Origin: Azolla caroliniana
Taxonomy: Eukaryota; Plantae; Polypodiophyta
Assembly: GCA_043228905.1 (NCBI GenBank)
Contig: JBHGNT010000008.1
Span: 558,001-622,000 of the forward strand
Direction of reading: 5' to 3'
Length of the DNA: 64,000 nt
How positions within the stretch are numbered: the stretch's first letter is position 1; the number at the start of each line of letters is the position of its first letter. The position numbers and the translations under genes are program-made. Shown piece by piece: positions 25,302-38,501 of this stretch. The notes beneath the pieces are model-generated. The model saw nothing but the letters and a program-made list of their open reading frames with translations, was not told the DNA's origin and ran no database searches.

Positions 25302-27014
25302 GGATCTCGTTCCTCACCCCCCGAACAAGAAACCAATTGGTTGCAGGTGGATTTACAAGGTGAAGCACAATGCCGATGGTTCCGTAAATCGCTTCAAAGC
25401 ATGGCTCGTTCCAAAAGGCTACGCACAGACACACGACGTAGACTACGAAGAAACCTTTGCCCCAGTGGCAAAGATGACGACAACACGGATCGTAATCGCG
25501 CTAGTAGCAGCAAAAGGGTGGCACCTCCATCAGATGGACGTGAAAAACGCTTTGCTCCAAGGAGAGCTAGAAGAAGAGGTGTATATGACACAACCACCTA
25601 GATTCGAATCGCCTAATCATCCGCACACCATATGCTGACTCAAGAAGACACTCTACGGCCTCAAACAAGCACCGCGTGCTTGGCACTCGAAGATCACGCA
25701 GTATCTTCACCCAGTCGGATTTTGGATGTCAAAATCCGATACATCTCTGTACATCTGCAATGAGTCAAATAGCCCGATCGTCATCATTCTATACGTGGAT
25801 GACTTGGTTATTGGAGGAAAGGATCTCACTGAGATTAACAAAGTTAAATCACATCTTTCCAGTAGATTCGAAATGAAGGACCTGCACGAACTTCATTACT
25901 TCCTAGGTATTGAAGTAATTCGGACACCAGTCGGGATCATGATCTCACAACGGCACTACATTCTCAACTTACTCTACAAGTTCAGAATGATAGAGTGCAA
26001 ACTTGTGACTACCCCTCTTGAACATAATCTCAAGATCGATGCTAGTTCTGGCACGACCGCGAGTGAGTCGACTCAGTATCGTCAACTGATTGGCAGTCTA
26101 ATCTACCTAACCATTACACGACCCGACCTCAGTTATTCAGTCGGCCTACTTAGCCAATTCATGCAGAATCCAAGAAACCTTCACCTCGGTTGCGCTAAGA
26201 GGATACTACAGTATGTCAGCACAACAGTGGATTATGGCATCTTGTATAAGTCAAATACGACCATTCAACTTGAAGGGTACACAAATGCGGACTGGGCAGG
26301 ATACAAAGTGGATAGACGATCCACATCCGGATTCGTCTTCTCCTTCGGCAGCGGAGCGATCTCCTGGAGCAGCAAGAAACAACCGACAATTGCACAATTG
26401 AGCACGGAAGCCGAATACAGGGGCGCGGCAATCACCGCATGTGAAGCTGTATGGCTTAAGCGTTGTCGTGTGGCGCATGACACACGTGCCAAACGTCGTG
26501 ATGTGCGTGTAACAAGTGCGGACAAGCACCGGGCCTCTATCCACTAGTGGTTATGGAGGATTGATGATGGGATTGTTCAAGATAACGGAACCACGGAAGG
26601 ACTAGCGCAAGCAATGAAATGACGGAAGGACTAGCGCAAGCGAGAAGTATTAAAGATAAATTGATAGATAAATACAAGCGGGAATTCCTATTCCCGGTTT
26701 GAACCATTGACTTCAAAATTAAGATAGAAGACACCTTACCAACGAGATAACTAGAACTTATTAATTATTATTGATTGCATACATTGTCTCCCCCTTTTCT
26801 TTCCCTTTCTCTCCTTCTTATATAGATGCCCCCATGCATATGTGCATGTGAGGGTGTAGTACATGCATACAATGCATGAGATGCATGCGATGCATGATCG
26901 CCATTTGGCACTCATGCATCACATGTGATGCATGATGACCATGTACCTTATCTAAGCTCTCAGTTTCGTGTGAAAAAGTACAATGAACAAAAATAACTTT
27001 CAAATAAAACAACC

Positions 27015-27068
27015 TAGTCTAATGGTATGTCTATTGCCTCCTATCTTTGAGGTGTAAGGTTCAAAACC
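27015..27068 (+). promoter_or_regulatory. tRNA-like Pol III type-2 module (A box plus B box) in LTR K
   Basis: TAGTCTAATGG ... GGTTCAAAACC, starts 43 nt apart. Confidence 0.6.
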
Positions 27069-27145
27069 TTTACTTGCAGCTCATTGTATGCGTTAGGCTT
27101 ATTATATATATATGTGTAATGATCACCTAAAAACACATCACACGT

Positions 27146-27798
27146 TGTCGGTGAAGAAAACCGTCCACAAGCGGAATCGGTGCACCGGAGCGTAGGAACC
27201 GGCTCTTCATACACGTGCGCCTTATGTTGTACATAGAAGATCCTCGGTAGGTAGGAAGTTAATAGGAAACGGCTCCTTCCTTGCATATAAAAGGAGGGAG
27301 ACAAGGAGGGGAGGGGGGATCGCGAAGGAAGGGAGGACGAAGTGCTGTCGGATTGCGGGCCGAAGGCTTCTCTCTCTTCCAAACTTCATAGCTTCTTTCT
27401 GTGCAAGTTTCGGTAGGCTCGCACTGTTCTGAGGAATGCCCGAGTGCTTCCGGCAGCACCTCCAACCTACTTCTTCCTTTCTGTACGTTTACGAACAGGC
27501 ATCGGCATCTGTTCGCCGGCCTGTTCGAACAGGCATCGGCATCTGTTCGCCGGCCTGTTCGGTTGTAACCGACTTCGTGCTTGTTGTTTGTCTTGTTTAT
27601 ATATATTTCTACATACATTCGTGTCTCTCTGTGTCGCTGTCGCACTCACGTCTTTGTGTCGAAGGGCCGTGTCCCTGTGAATCTACGCTCGCACCTTGTG
27701 GGTCTCTTCCCCTCCCCTCCCCTTTTCTCTCTTGCTCTTCGGTACAGGACCCCCGAGGTCCCGCCTCATTCCACGCATCCGCGAGGGATACCTCGACA
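27146..27798 (+). mobile_element. Gypsy solo LTR L (H-related family) nested in K
   Basis: TGTCGGTGAAGAAAAC...CTCGACA, TSD ACGT/ACGT, homologous to the H LTR (ACGAACAGGCATCGGCATCTG). Confidence 0.9.
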
Positions 27799-28486
27799 AC
27801 GTGCACATTAACCATCACCCCTTCCATACATGTGCATATTACACCTTCTCGATTTTCCTCGTTCCACGTGATTTTCACACCGTTGCCGAAAATCTTCACG
27901 ACAGCGTATACTAAAAGATATGGGTGTACCCATCATAGATCCAATATGCCTATACTGCGACAACATGAGCAGTATCTACCTCGCACATAACCCCGTATTT
28001 CATGCATGGACTAAACACATCGAAGTGCACTACCACTTCATCCTCGAGCGCGTCCAGGCCGGACAAATTGACCACCAACACATCAGCACGCATCTACAAG
28101 TTGCTGATATCTTTACGAAGGCCTTAGGCGTCGACAAGCTCGGGCAATTTGCATTGGCTCTTGGTCTCATGTCGTCCACATTGCCGAGCTTGAGGGGGAG
28201 TACGCAGACGCAACAGGATAGGCTACGCAATACGCAACAAAGCCGACTAGACAAGTCGAAGTACGAACCGAACGACTTTCCGACAGATGAAAGTAGTGTT
28301 CGAAGGGGCGTGTTGAGAATCGAACTCAACTTCTCATAGATAGGTTTCGCACTAGCTCATGGACATTCTAGGCTAGTTTTGTAAATAGTAGAAAGGGCGC
28401 TTGCCCTAGCTTAGTTGGTATATAAACCAACTCATTGTAATTGAATTACTGTTGGATGTATTTCGTTTTGTTAATATCATATACAA

Positions 28487-28541
<55 letters not shown>

Positions 28542-28771
28542 GTTACACACACACACACACACACATACATTCACCTTCTGCTGCATTGCAACCACTCTTG
28601 CCTTCCCATTTCTTAACACCTACAATCAATCATTCCCAAGGGGGTAATCAAGCAATTGTCTCTTCTTGCATAGGATTTTATCACAAATTGACAAGCAAGC
28701 CCACACCTCTATCGTGATTAAATATTTTCTTCGGAATAGTAGTACTGATGAAGGAAAAGCCTTTTTTCCAT

Positions 28772-29203
28772 TGTCGTGAAGATTTTCGGCAACAACATAA
28801 AAATCGCGCGGAAGGGACAAAATCAAGAAGGTGCAATGTGTGCACATGTGGAAGGGGTGATGGTCACACATGTACACTAGCATGTTGTACATAAGATTGA
28901 AATGAGAATAGTAAAAGGAAGGCTAGGTGTAAGGTTAAACATATGCACATTTCTCAAACACTTGTAAATATAAAAATAAGACTAAAGCCTAATAGCATTT
29001 GAGTACATACAGAGGGGTGCAAGCAAGGTTTGAACCTTGCAACTCCAAGATAGGAGAGAATTGACTTACCATTAAAGCTACTATTGAGTGATTTAGATTT
29101 TGTATATTTTCTTCTCATATTCTGTATTCCATAAGAAATAAATGTATAAAACCGTGTGCACAAAACCATGGTTTAAGCCTATGGTTTTGTGCATGTCATA
29201 AGC
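28772..29203 (+). mobile_element. Partial gypsy LTR J (K-related), interrupted by copia D
   Basis: Starts TGTCGTGAAGATTTTCGGCAAC, the reverse-complement homolog of 27810-27903. Confidence 0.75.
29026..29080 (-). promoter_or_regulatory. tRNA-like A/B-box module in LTR J
   Basis: Minus strand TAGCTTTAATGG ... GGTTCAAACCT, 44 nt apart; T-arm stem GCAAGG/CCTTGC. Confidence 0.6.
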
Positions 29204-31483
29204 TGTAGGGAATGCGGTCCCTCCGGATGGCGTAGGACGAGGCGGATCAGGTGAATTTGGAAGGATATATGGAAGCCGAACCGGATGGACCCGGAAGGAG
29301 TCCGACCAGATCCGATGTGAACCATGAGAAGGGACATATTGGTAAATATATTCCTGTTAAGAATCAAGCTCAACATAGTGCAACGTGTTAACGCACCTTT
29401 TGAGAATCCATGATTACTCAAAGGTCAAGAGTCACACCACTACTCTCTACACATTAACTATGTATCATAGAATCATATTCTATGACACATAACTAATGAG
29501 TTACATATTCCCCATGACTATGAGTCTTCACATTCCCCAAGAGAGAGAGTGGTTGTTGTAAAGTTAATGAAAAGAGAGGGTGACTCTATATAAAGCACCC
29601 TCCTCATACTTCATACTAAGTCGGTTGTGACTCCTTGTAATGCTACATTTTTGTATTTCCTATTCTACTTGTGAATATACACCCTCTTCTTGAGTATTCC
29701 TTTTTCTATCTATCTTGTGTTCTCTCTTCTCTCCTCTAATTCCTTTCACACATACACATAGCACACATCTCTTCCGCTACACAAGAATCATGCCCGATTC
29801 TTTACATGGTATCAAAGCGATTTGGTAGCTTGATCTAACGCACTCGCCTCATCGTGATTGTGTGTTGTGCTCTACGTCGACGTTCAAGAAGAACCGGCTC
29901 ATCGCTATCGTAGTACCACTACATAGCTCGCGTTCGAGAGAGAAGGAAAAGAAGAAAGGAAGCTTAATAGACAATGAATACTCAAATGGGGAGCACTCTC
30001 CCTAGCGAGAAGTTGGACCGAAACAACTTCGCATCTTGGGAGTACAAGATGCACCAATACCTTGTCGGCCAAGGCTATGGGGGTTACATCAAGGGAGCAC
30101 AAGAAAACCGACCTGACCCAGAAGACGCTGACTATGCAACGTGGGAGCAAGCGACAAGCCGAGTGATATATTGCTTGGCGACATGTGTTCACGACCACAT
30201 GCTCGGGTACATTCGAGAAGTCGAGATGCCAAAGGAAGTGTGGGAGAATCTACGAAAGATTTTTGCCGCCAACATTACCGCAAGAAAGCTTCAACTCCAC
30301 CAAGAGTTGAACAACATCCAACAAAGGGATATGTCCATCCAACAAAGGGATACGACTCGCTTGGCTCGATAAGTGTCAATGTGGACGATGATGAGATGAT
30401 GCAAATATGCCTCGACGGCCTTGTACCATGATTCGGCGCGATGCAGACCACCCTACTAGCACGGGAGAATCCACCCTCCTTCTTCGATCTTCAATCTATG
30501 TTGTTGGTCGAAGAAAACCATGTTCGAACGAGGAGCAAAGCCTCGGAAGGTCACATGCTCTACACGCATTCGGACGGAGGAAGAGGACGCGGCAAGAAGA
30601 GGCCGATTCGGCCAAGGACGAGGCGGACAAGGGCTAACTTACGAAAACAACTCATAATTTCGATATCAAGATGGAAGCCATCGAGGAACCTTCAGAAGAA
30701 GGGGGAGCTTCTATTCCGGTCCGAATCGACAAAGCTCGGTCAAATGTAGATATTGCGGAAAAATCAGTCACCATGAAGAAGAATGTCGTAAAAGATACGT
30801 GAGTCGGATTCCACTAGCTGACAACTCACCAACTACGCCATCAATTCCGACTATGATGATCGCGGCGGAGTGTTCGTGATGAGACATAGAGCGAATTATA
30901 TGTCGGCCTCTACTTCTACTAGTGCCTCCGGTCTGGAAGATGTAAGGTTCGTCGATTCCGGTGCCTCGAACCATATGACGTCGCATCAAGAATGGTTCCG
31001 AGAACTTCGAGAGCTGGACCGACCCGGCTATGTCGAAACCGGAGAGGACACTACGCACCCGATTCGGCACATCGGCAATGTTCCGTTTCGAGAAGAAGGT
31101 AAGAAAAATTATATTAAAAATGTCTTGCATGTACCAACTATCACGAAGAATTTGGTCTCGGTCGGCCAAATTGTAGAGTAAGGAATGCAAGTACGATTTA
31201 ATCAAGGCGATTGCTTCATCGAAAAAGAGGGCCGACTCATCGCTCGTGGACGAAGAGAGGGCCAAATGTTCATTCTTGACTCACACGAGATGAAATCGGC
31301 CATGTTCGCAAAGGGCATGAAAGCCGATTCCGACATAGAGTTATGGCACAAGCGGATTGGCCATATCAACCTCCAAAAGCTCAAGGCAATAAAATCGAAA
31401 TGAGTCATCATCGGACTCTCGACATTCACGGAGAAAGAGATTGAAGGCGTATGTGCCGCTTGCCAATTCGGCAAGCAACATCG

Positions 31484-34400
31484 TGTTGGGAAACGACCCT
31501 TCTATTAACCTTCACCGCTCGGCCACAACCGAGTGATCGCGAATCAATGGAGCAGAAAATGGGAAATACAAAGATTAGAGAGGACACACGATTTATCGTG
31601 GAAAACCCTGTACGGGAAAAAAACCACGGGAGTACGAGACTCCAAACCAACACTATGCACAGAAAGGTATACAATGGCGAGCTACAAGGCGACGACCTTG
31701 AGCTCGCTGTCCTCGCCACAGGCGGCGGAAATACACAGAGGCGTCGTCCTCTTCCTCTCTCGCGCTTTATCTCTCTCTCTCTCTCTCTCTCTCTCACGGC
31801 TGCTCCCTCGTCACTCCTCTTGAGTGGAAAAACAGAAAAATGATAAGCAACAACAAAACTGTTTGCCCTAAGTCATATTTATACATATATGACTTTAGGG
31901 CTATTTACAACTATGGCCTCAGGGGCCCTTAGCAGACATATTCACGGATATGTCCCTGCATCCGGATCTCTCTCCGGGTACATTCGTCATCCGACTCCGA
32001 AGTCGGGGTCTTCATCATCCGGTTCCGAAACCGAAACCGGGCTGGTCGGCATTCATCTCCGATATCCGACCATCCCATCCGAAGGGACCGTAATCCCAAC
32101 AAACTCCCCCTTCACTTCGGCATGGGATGTCTTTCCAATCCGATCCTCTTCCGGCATGCTTCCAGCTTGTCGGGTGTGAGCACCTTGGTCAGCATATCCG
32201 ACCCATTCTCGTCCGTGTGGATCTTCGTCAGCACGAACTCCTTGTCTTCTATCCTTTCCCGAATCCAGTGATATCTTCGCTGGATGTGCTTCGTCCGGGA
32301 GTGATAGGCCGCGTTCTTCGCAAGGTGGATTGCACTCTGACTGTCGCAGTAGAGTCGGTACTCCTCCTGCCGGATACCGAGCTCTCTAATGAAGTCCTTC
32401 ATCCATATCATTTCCTTGCCGGCTTCAACAGCTGCCATGTACTCCGCCTCCGTGGTTGACAACGCAACCGTCTTCTGCAGCCTCGACTGCCATGAAACAG
32501 CTCCCCCTGCATACGTCATCACATACCCTGATGTGGACCGGCTGGTATCTGCATCAGCCGACATATCCGAATCAGTAAAGCCGTCAAGTTCGGGCTTACC
32601 GGAGCCGAATCGGAGGCACACATTTGCCGTGCCCTTCAGGTATCGGAGTATCCACTTGGCCGCGTTCCAATGCTCTTTGCCGGGATTGCTCATGTACCGG
32701 CTCACCACTCCGACTGCATATCCGATGTCCGGTCTCGTACACACCATGGCGTACATCAAGCTCCCGATGGCTGAGGCATATGGTACTTTCATCATATCCT
32801 CCTTTTCAGCCTTTGTCTTGGGACTTTGCTTGTTGGACAGCTTGCAGTTTGCCGGGAGGGTCGATCCGACCGGTCTTGCTTCCGACATGTTGAACCGGTG
32901 AAGCACCTTCGTCACGTACTTCTCCTGTGACAGCCACAACTGCTTCTTCTTCCGGTCCCGGATGATGTGCATCCCTAGTATTTGTCTCGCCGAACCCAGG
33001 TCCTTCATTGAGAAGGTTCGGTGAAGAGCCTTCTTCAGCATCCGTATCTTGACCTGGTCCCGTCCGACGATCAACATGTCGTCCACGTACAGGAGGAGTA
33101 TTAGAAAGTCTCCTCCTTCGAACTTCTTCACAAACACGCAGTGGTCGGACTGCGTTTTGAGGTACCCTTCGTCGGTCATGAAGGAGTCGAACTTCCGGTA
33201 CCATTGCCGGGGAGCCTGCTTCAGTCCGTAAAGGCTCTTCTTCAACCGGCATACCAGGTGCTCCTTCCCTTTCTTCTCGAATCCTTCCGGTTGCTGCATG
33301 TAGATCTCTTCATCGAGGTCACCGTGAAGGAATGCCGTCTTCACGTCCATCTGTTCTACCTCGAGGTCCATGCTTGCCGCTATGCTCAGCACCGTCCGGA
33401 TGGAGGTCATCTTCACTACCGGGGCAAATATCTCGTCGAAGTCGACGCCCTTCTTCTGCTGAAACCCCTTCACCACGATCGTGGCTTTGTATCTCGGGGG
33501 GTTTCCGGCATCTCCCGGTTTCAGCTTGAACACCCACTTGTTTCGAAGTGCCCGCTTTCCTTTCGGCAACTCCACAAGTTCATATGTGTGGTTCTCATGC
33601 AGGGAATCCATCTCGTCCTGCATGGCACTAAACCACCTGCGGCTCTGGGTGTCGTGCTTTGCTTCTTCAAAGCTCTCCGGCTCCCCCTCGTCGGTTAGCA
33701 GCACGTGCTCTGGATCCGGAAATCTCCGGGGGGCCCTCCTCTCTCTTAGAGGGTATCTCCGTTCGGGAGCTTCGGTAACCGGTTCTTCCGATTCTTCTTC
33801 TTCATCCGAATCCATTTCGGGATCGGGGCCGGTTTCGGTATCATTTTCATCTTCTTCGGCCGGTTCTGTTTCTTCACCGTCTTCGGCCGGATCCTCGAGT
33901 GATAACCGGTCCCTTGCCGGTCGGGACTGCTCCTCGTAGAGTTGATCCTCACCGGTCGACTTGGAGCTCTTCATCTTCTTCTCCGACTCCCAGTCGGCGA
34001 GTGTCTTGTCCTCCATGAAGATGATGTCTCGACTCCTGAATATCTTCTTGTCGACCGGGTCCCATACTCGGTAGCCGAACTCGTCGTCGCCGTAACCGAG
34101 GAATATGCATGGCCGGGTCTTTGGATCTAACTTTCCTCTCCGGTCCTTTCCCACATGCACGTATGCGAGACACCCGAACACCTTCAGATGCCGGTAGGAC
34201 ACTTCCTTACCGGTCCACACTTTCTGCGGCGTGTCTCCGTCCAAAGGTACTGAGGGTGATCTGTTTATCACGTATGTCGCCGTCGACATTGCCTCAGCCC
34301 AAAACCCCTTGGGTAATTTCGCATGCGCCAGCATACTCCGGACCCTCTCCATTATGGTCCGGTTCATCCTCTCGGCCAGCCCGTTCAGTTCCGGCGTCTT

Positions 34401-36501
34401 CGGCACAGTAAACTCGAGCCGGATTCCCTTCGAGCGACAGTACTCCTGGAACTGCCCCCGGTATTCCCCTCTGTTATCCGCTCGTATCGCCTTCAGCTTC
34501 TTGCCGGATTCCCTTTCCACTCTCGCGTGAAGTTCTTTGAAGACGCACAACACTTGGTCCTTTGTCTTCAACGGTGCCGTCCACAGCTTCCGACTGTAAT
34601 CATCAATGAATGTTACGAAGTACTGGGCTCCGCCATGTGACTTCGTTTCTACCTGACACACATCAGTGTGCACCAACTCCAATGGTGCGCTACGTCTCGT
34701 CGGTGGCCTTGAGTGGAAAGAGGCTCGGTTCTGCTTACCGGCCAGGCAATCGGTGCACTTCTCCAGGTGCACATGCTTCACTGGAATGAGGTTGTCTTCT
34801 GCAAGCCTCTTCATCCCCTTCTCACTCATGTGGCACAGTCTCTTGTGCCACAGCTCACCGGCAGTGTCGGCTGCCACGTTCAGCTCTTCCGGACATAACC
34901 GGGCATTCATCAGGTACAGTGTGTTGACTTTCCGAGCCCGAGCCACTATCAGGCTCCCCTTGCTGAACTTCATTCCGCCGTTCCGGATGCTACCTGTGTA
35001 GCCTTCATCGTCTAGCCTCCCGGCCGAAATCAGGTTCAATCGAACCTCCGGAACGTGTCGGACATCCTTCAGCAGCATTTTGCATCCGGTCGGGGTTGTC
35101 AACCACACGTCTCCTATGCCGACAATCCGGCACGTACCTTCATTCCCCATCCGAACACGGCCATGCTCGCCGGCTGTGTAGGATGAGAAGTATCTTCTCT
35201 CCGGGGTCAGGTGGAACGATGCTCCCGAATCGACCACCCAGGTCGTCTCATCGCCGGCAATGTTTAGTTCACCTTCTTCGGTGATGAGCATGATTTCTTC
35301 CTCACTTGCTGCGAGTGCCGTTGTTCCTTTCCGGTCCTGCCCTTGCCGATCCGAACCTCTCCGGTCCGTGGCTCCCCGGTATGCACCGTTTCTCTCCGGT
35401 GACTTCTTCGAATCGGTGTCGTCGGCTCCGTTGTCCTTTCGGTAATGCCGACAATTCTTTCGGAAGTGCCCCGGTTTCCCACAGTGGAAGCATGTGGGCC
35501 TTCCTCTTGACTGCGACCGGGTCCCCGACTTCTCCCGTCTTTGCGGACTCCGGTTCCATTGTCTTCCCCGATCCGATTCGGTAAGCAGCGCCTTCGGGTC
35601 GGAGGCCGGTTCTTTATCTCTCCGACGCGCTTCTTCGTTCAAAATACTTGTCTTTACCGTTTGCAAGGACAAGTTATCTTCTATGCAGGAGGTGCTGAGA
35701 GTCACCACCAAGTTCTCCCAGCTTTCCGGCAATGTACACATCAGGATGATGGCTTGCATTGCGTCCTCCAACGGGAACTTGATCGCCGCAAGCTGATTCA
35801 CGAATCCCATGAACGTGCTTACGTGTTCGACCATACTCTCGCCGTCCCGATACTTGAGGTTCACTATCTTCCTCATCAGGGAGGTCCGGTTCAACGCATT
35901 CTTCCTCTCGTAGAGGCCCGACAGCTTCTTCCACATCTCATATGCGTTGGTGTCGTTCGCCACGTGTTGTAGGACGCTTACATCGACATATTGTCGGATC
36001 GTCGCTACGGCTTTCCGGTTCAGGAGCTTCCACTCCGACTCAAGTACCCCCTTCGGTATTTCCGACCTGTCAATCGGTTCGTACAGGTCCCGAACAATCA
36101 GAAGATCCTCCATCTTGATCTTCCAGTCGGCGTAATTCTGTGCATTCAGCACCATCATCCCCGGCTGCCCGCTGCCGCCGCCTTCCATTTTCTGCAGCAG
36201 TTCGCTCTGATACCAGATTGTTGGGAAACGGCCCTTCTATTAACCTTCACCGCTCGGCCACAACCGAGTGATCGCGAATCAATGGAGCAGAAAATGGGAA
36301 ATACAAAGATTAGAGAGGACACACGATTTATCGTGGAAAACCCTGTACGGGAAAAAAACCACGGGAGTACGAGACTCCAAACCAACACTATGCACAGAAA
36401 GGTATACAATGGCGAGCTACAAGGCGACGACCTTGAGCTCGCTGTCCTCGCCACAGGCGGCGGAAATACACAGAGGCGTCGTCCTCTTCCTCTCTCGCGC
36501 T

Positions 36502-36538
<37 letters not shown>

Positions 36539-36842
36539 GGCTGCTCCCTCGTCACTCCTCTTGAGTGGAAAAACAGAAAAATGATAAGCAACAACAAAAC
36601 TGTTTGCCCTAAGTCATATTTATACATATATGACTTTAGGGCTATTTACAACTATGGCCTCAGGGGCCCTTAGCAGACATATTCACGGATATGTCCCTGC
36701 ATCCGGATCTCTCTCCGGGTACATTCGTCATCCAACTCCGAAGTCGGGGTCTTCATCATCCGGTTCCGAAACCGAAACCGGGCTGGTCGGCATTCATCTC
36801 CGATATCCGACCATCCCATCCGAAGGGACCGTAATCCCAACA
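31484..36842 (-). mobile_element. Young Ty1/copia element E (Tnt1/Tork-like) with near-identical LTRs
   Basis: LTRs 31484-32101 and 36219-36842 (2 substitutions plus a 6-bp (CT)n difference), TSD CATCG/CATCG, Met PBS 36204-36215, PPT about 32104-32114. Confidence 0.97.
32112..36188 (-). CDS. Uninterrupted gag-pol polyprotein of E, 1358 aa
   Basis: CCHC knuckle CFHCGKPGHFRKNC, PR WVVDSGAS, HHCC plus DDE integrase, RT YVDDMLI, RNase H; copia domain order. Confidence 0.96.
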   Translation of the reverse strand: MEGGGSGQPGMMVLNAQNYADWKIKMEDLLIVRDLYEPIDRSEIPKGVLESEWKLLNRKAVATIRQYVDVSVLQHVANDTNAYEMWKKLSGLYERKNALNRTSLMRKIVNLKYRDGESMVEHVSTFMGFVNQLAAIKFPLEDAMQAIILMCTLPESWENLVVTLSTSCIEDNLSLQTVKTSILNEEARRRDKEPASDPKALLTESDRGRQWNRSPQRREKSGTRSQSRGRPTCFHCGKPGHFRKNCRHYRKDNGADDTDSKKSPERNGAYRGATDRRGSDRQGQDRKGTTALAASEEEIMLITEEGELNIAGDETTWVVDSGASFHLTPERRYFSSYTAGEHGRVRMGNEGTCRIVGIGDVWLTTPTGCKMLLKDVRHVPEVRLNLISAGRLDDEGYTGSIRNGGMKFSKGSLIVARARKVNTLYLMNARLCPEELNVAADTAGELWHKRLCHMSEKGMKRLAEDNLIPVKHVHLEKCTDCLAGKQNRASFHSRPPTRRSAPLELVHTDVCQVETKSHGGAQYFVTFIDDYSRKLWTAPLKTKDQVLCVFKELHARVERESGKKLKAIRADNRGEYRGQFQEYCRSKGIRLEFTVPKTPELNGLAERMNRTIMERVRSMLAHAKLPKGFWAEAMSTATYVINRSPSVPLDGDTPQKVWTGKEVSYRHLKVFGCLAYVHVGKDRRGKLDPKTRPCIFLGYGDDEFGYRVWDPVDKKIFRSRDIIFMEDKTLADWESEKKMKSSKSTGEDQLYEEQSRPARDRLSLEDPAEDGEETEPAEEDENDTETGPDPEMDSDEEEESEEPVTEAPERRYPLRERRAPRRFPDPEHVLLTDEGEPESFEEAKHDTQSRRWFSAMQDEMDSLHENHTYELVELPKGKRALRNKWVFKLKPGDAGNPPRYKATIVVKGFQQKKGVDFDEIFAPVVKMTSIRTVLSIAASMDLEVEQMDVKTAFLHGDLDEEIYMQQPEGFEKKGKEHLVCRLKKSLYGLKQAPRQWYRKFDSFMTDEGYLKTQSDHCVFVKKFEGGDFLILLLYVDDMLIVGRDQVKIRMLKKALHRTFSMKDLGSARQILGMHIIRDRKKKQLWLSQEKYVTKVLHRFNMSEARPVGSTLPANCKLSNKQSPKTKAEKEDMMKVPYASAIGSLMYAMVCTRPDIGYAVGVVSRYMSNPGKEHWNAAKWILRYLKGTANVCLRFGSGKPELDGFTDSDMSADADTSRSTSGYVMTYAGGAVSWQSRLQKTVALSTTEAEYMAAVEAGKEMIWMKDFIRELGIRQEEYRLYCDSQSAIHLAKNAAYHSRTKHIQRRYHWIRERIEDKEFVLTKIHTDENGSDMLTKVLTPDKLEACRKRIGLERHPMPK

Positions 36843-38501
36843 CATCGGCACCCATTTCCGAAGGAGAGGAACATGAGCAGAGGAATACTCGACGTAATTC
36901 ATTCCGATGTATGGGGTCCGGCTCAGACGGCGACATTCGGCGGATGCCGATTCTATGTGACCTTCATCGATGACTTCTCTAGGCACACTTGGATCTTCCT
37001 GATGCAGCAAAAGAGCGAAGTGTTCGAACACTTCCAAAAATTCAAGAATGAAGTCGAGAAAGCCACGGGCTGACATGTACGATGTCTTCGGTCGGATGGA
37101 GGCAAGGAATATTTCTCGAATGAGTTTACAGTGTATCTACGGAAAGAAGGAATTCGGCGAGAGTTTTCGTGTTGACATATGCCACAACAAAACGGAGTGG
37201 CCGAACGAAAGAATCGACACATCCTCGAAGTCGTACTGGGCAAAAGCAGCTAACACGACAATATACCTCATGAATCGGTGTACGACATCGGGTGTGCACG
37301 AACTTACTCCGCATGAGAATTTTTTCAGAAAGAAGCCGAACCTATCACAGGTTCAGATATTTGGCTCCATTGCGTACGTGCATATCCCCGATGAGAAGCA
37401 ATAAAAGCTTGACCTGAAGTCTGAGAAATGTATCCTCGTAGGATACTCACTGGAGCAAAAGGGGTACAAGTGCTACAACCCCTCAACTCGAAAATCTCGA
37501 GTAAGTCGAGATGTTGTTTTCGACGAATCCGCATCCTGGTACGGACGAGAGAAAACGTCGAATTTGATTCCGCTCGACCCGGATTCTGCCAAAATAGAGA
37601 TAGAATCCAAAGATCGACTCATGCGCATGTTCGAAGAAAGCCCAATTACGACAAGGCTTTAGTGGGCTACAAGAGCCCCCGAGCAATCAAAGCACATCTC
37701 GGCTGAGTCCGAAGATAGATAAAGGGAAGGCGAAAATGCCGGAGTATGAAGAAGACGGCAACGAATCGACTCACTCCCTCGATAGTAAATTCGAAGGCCT
37801 TGAGATCTAGACAAATGAAGCAGAGAAGCGGTGTACATGGTAAAACCTCCTGGTTTCGAATCGCGCATTCATCCGAAAGCCGTGTGCCGACTCAAGAAGC
37901 CACTCTACGACCTCAAGCAAGCATTGTGTGCTTGACATTCGAAGATTACGCAATATCTTCATCAAATCGGATTTCGAATGTCGAAATCTGACAACTCCCT
38001 CTACGTACGCCACGACTCTAGAAGCCTAATTGTCATCATCCTCTATGTGGATGATCTGGTTATTGGAGGTCAGCATTTAGTCGACATCAACAAGGTGAAG
38101 TCCCTCCTCTCCAACAAATTCAAGATGACTGACATGAAGGAGCTTCATTACTTCCTAGGCATCAAGGTAATTCGGACTCCGGCCGGCATTATGATCTCCC
38201 AACGACACTACATCCTCAACTTGTTATACATGTTCGGGATGACTGAGTGCAAATCGGTTGATATGCCTCTCCATCGAAACCTCAAACTAGATGTTGACTT
38301 CGGCATAGACGAGTGCAAGCCGACCTAATATCGTCGACTGATCGGGAGCCTCATCTATCTCATGATCACTCGACCTGACCTTAGTTACGTAGTTAGACTC
38401 CTTTGCCAATTCATGCAAACCCCGTGAGATATCCATTTTGATTGCGCTAAGCGAGTATTATGATATGTGAGCGGCACAATTGATTACGATGTTCTCTACG
38501 C

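Larger units (their letters stand above)
26464..27903 (-). mobile_element. Gypsy-type solo LTR K inserted in the RNase H of A
   Basis: TGTCG...CGACA termini and 4-bp TSD GCGT/GCGT. Removing it restores A's WLKRILKD. Confidence 0.88.
16480..28618 (+). mobile_element. Ty1/copia element A (full length, degenerate; hosts B and solo LTRs K and L)
   Basis: LTRs 16480-16751 and 28311-28618, TSD CCTAC/CCTAC, tRNA-iMet PBS TGGTATCAGAGC at 16752. gag (16854), PR WFVDSGAS, INT, RT YVDD (25726-26460), RNase H. Confidence 0.95.

Noticed and set aside
32127-36584. Many 60-200 aa alternative-frame and antisense ORFs in E (and likewise in B, F and H)
   Set aside because: These are shadows of GC-rich gag-pol coding sequence with no recognisable motifs.
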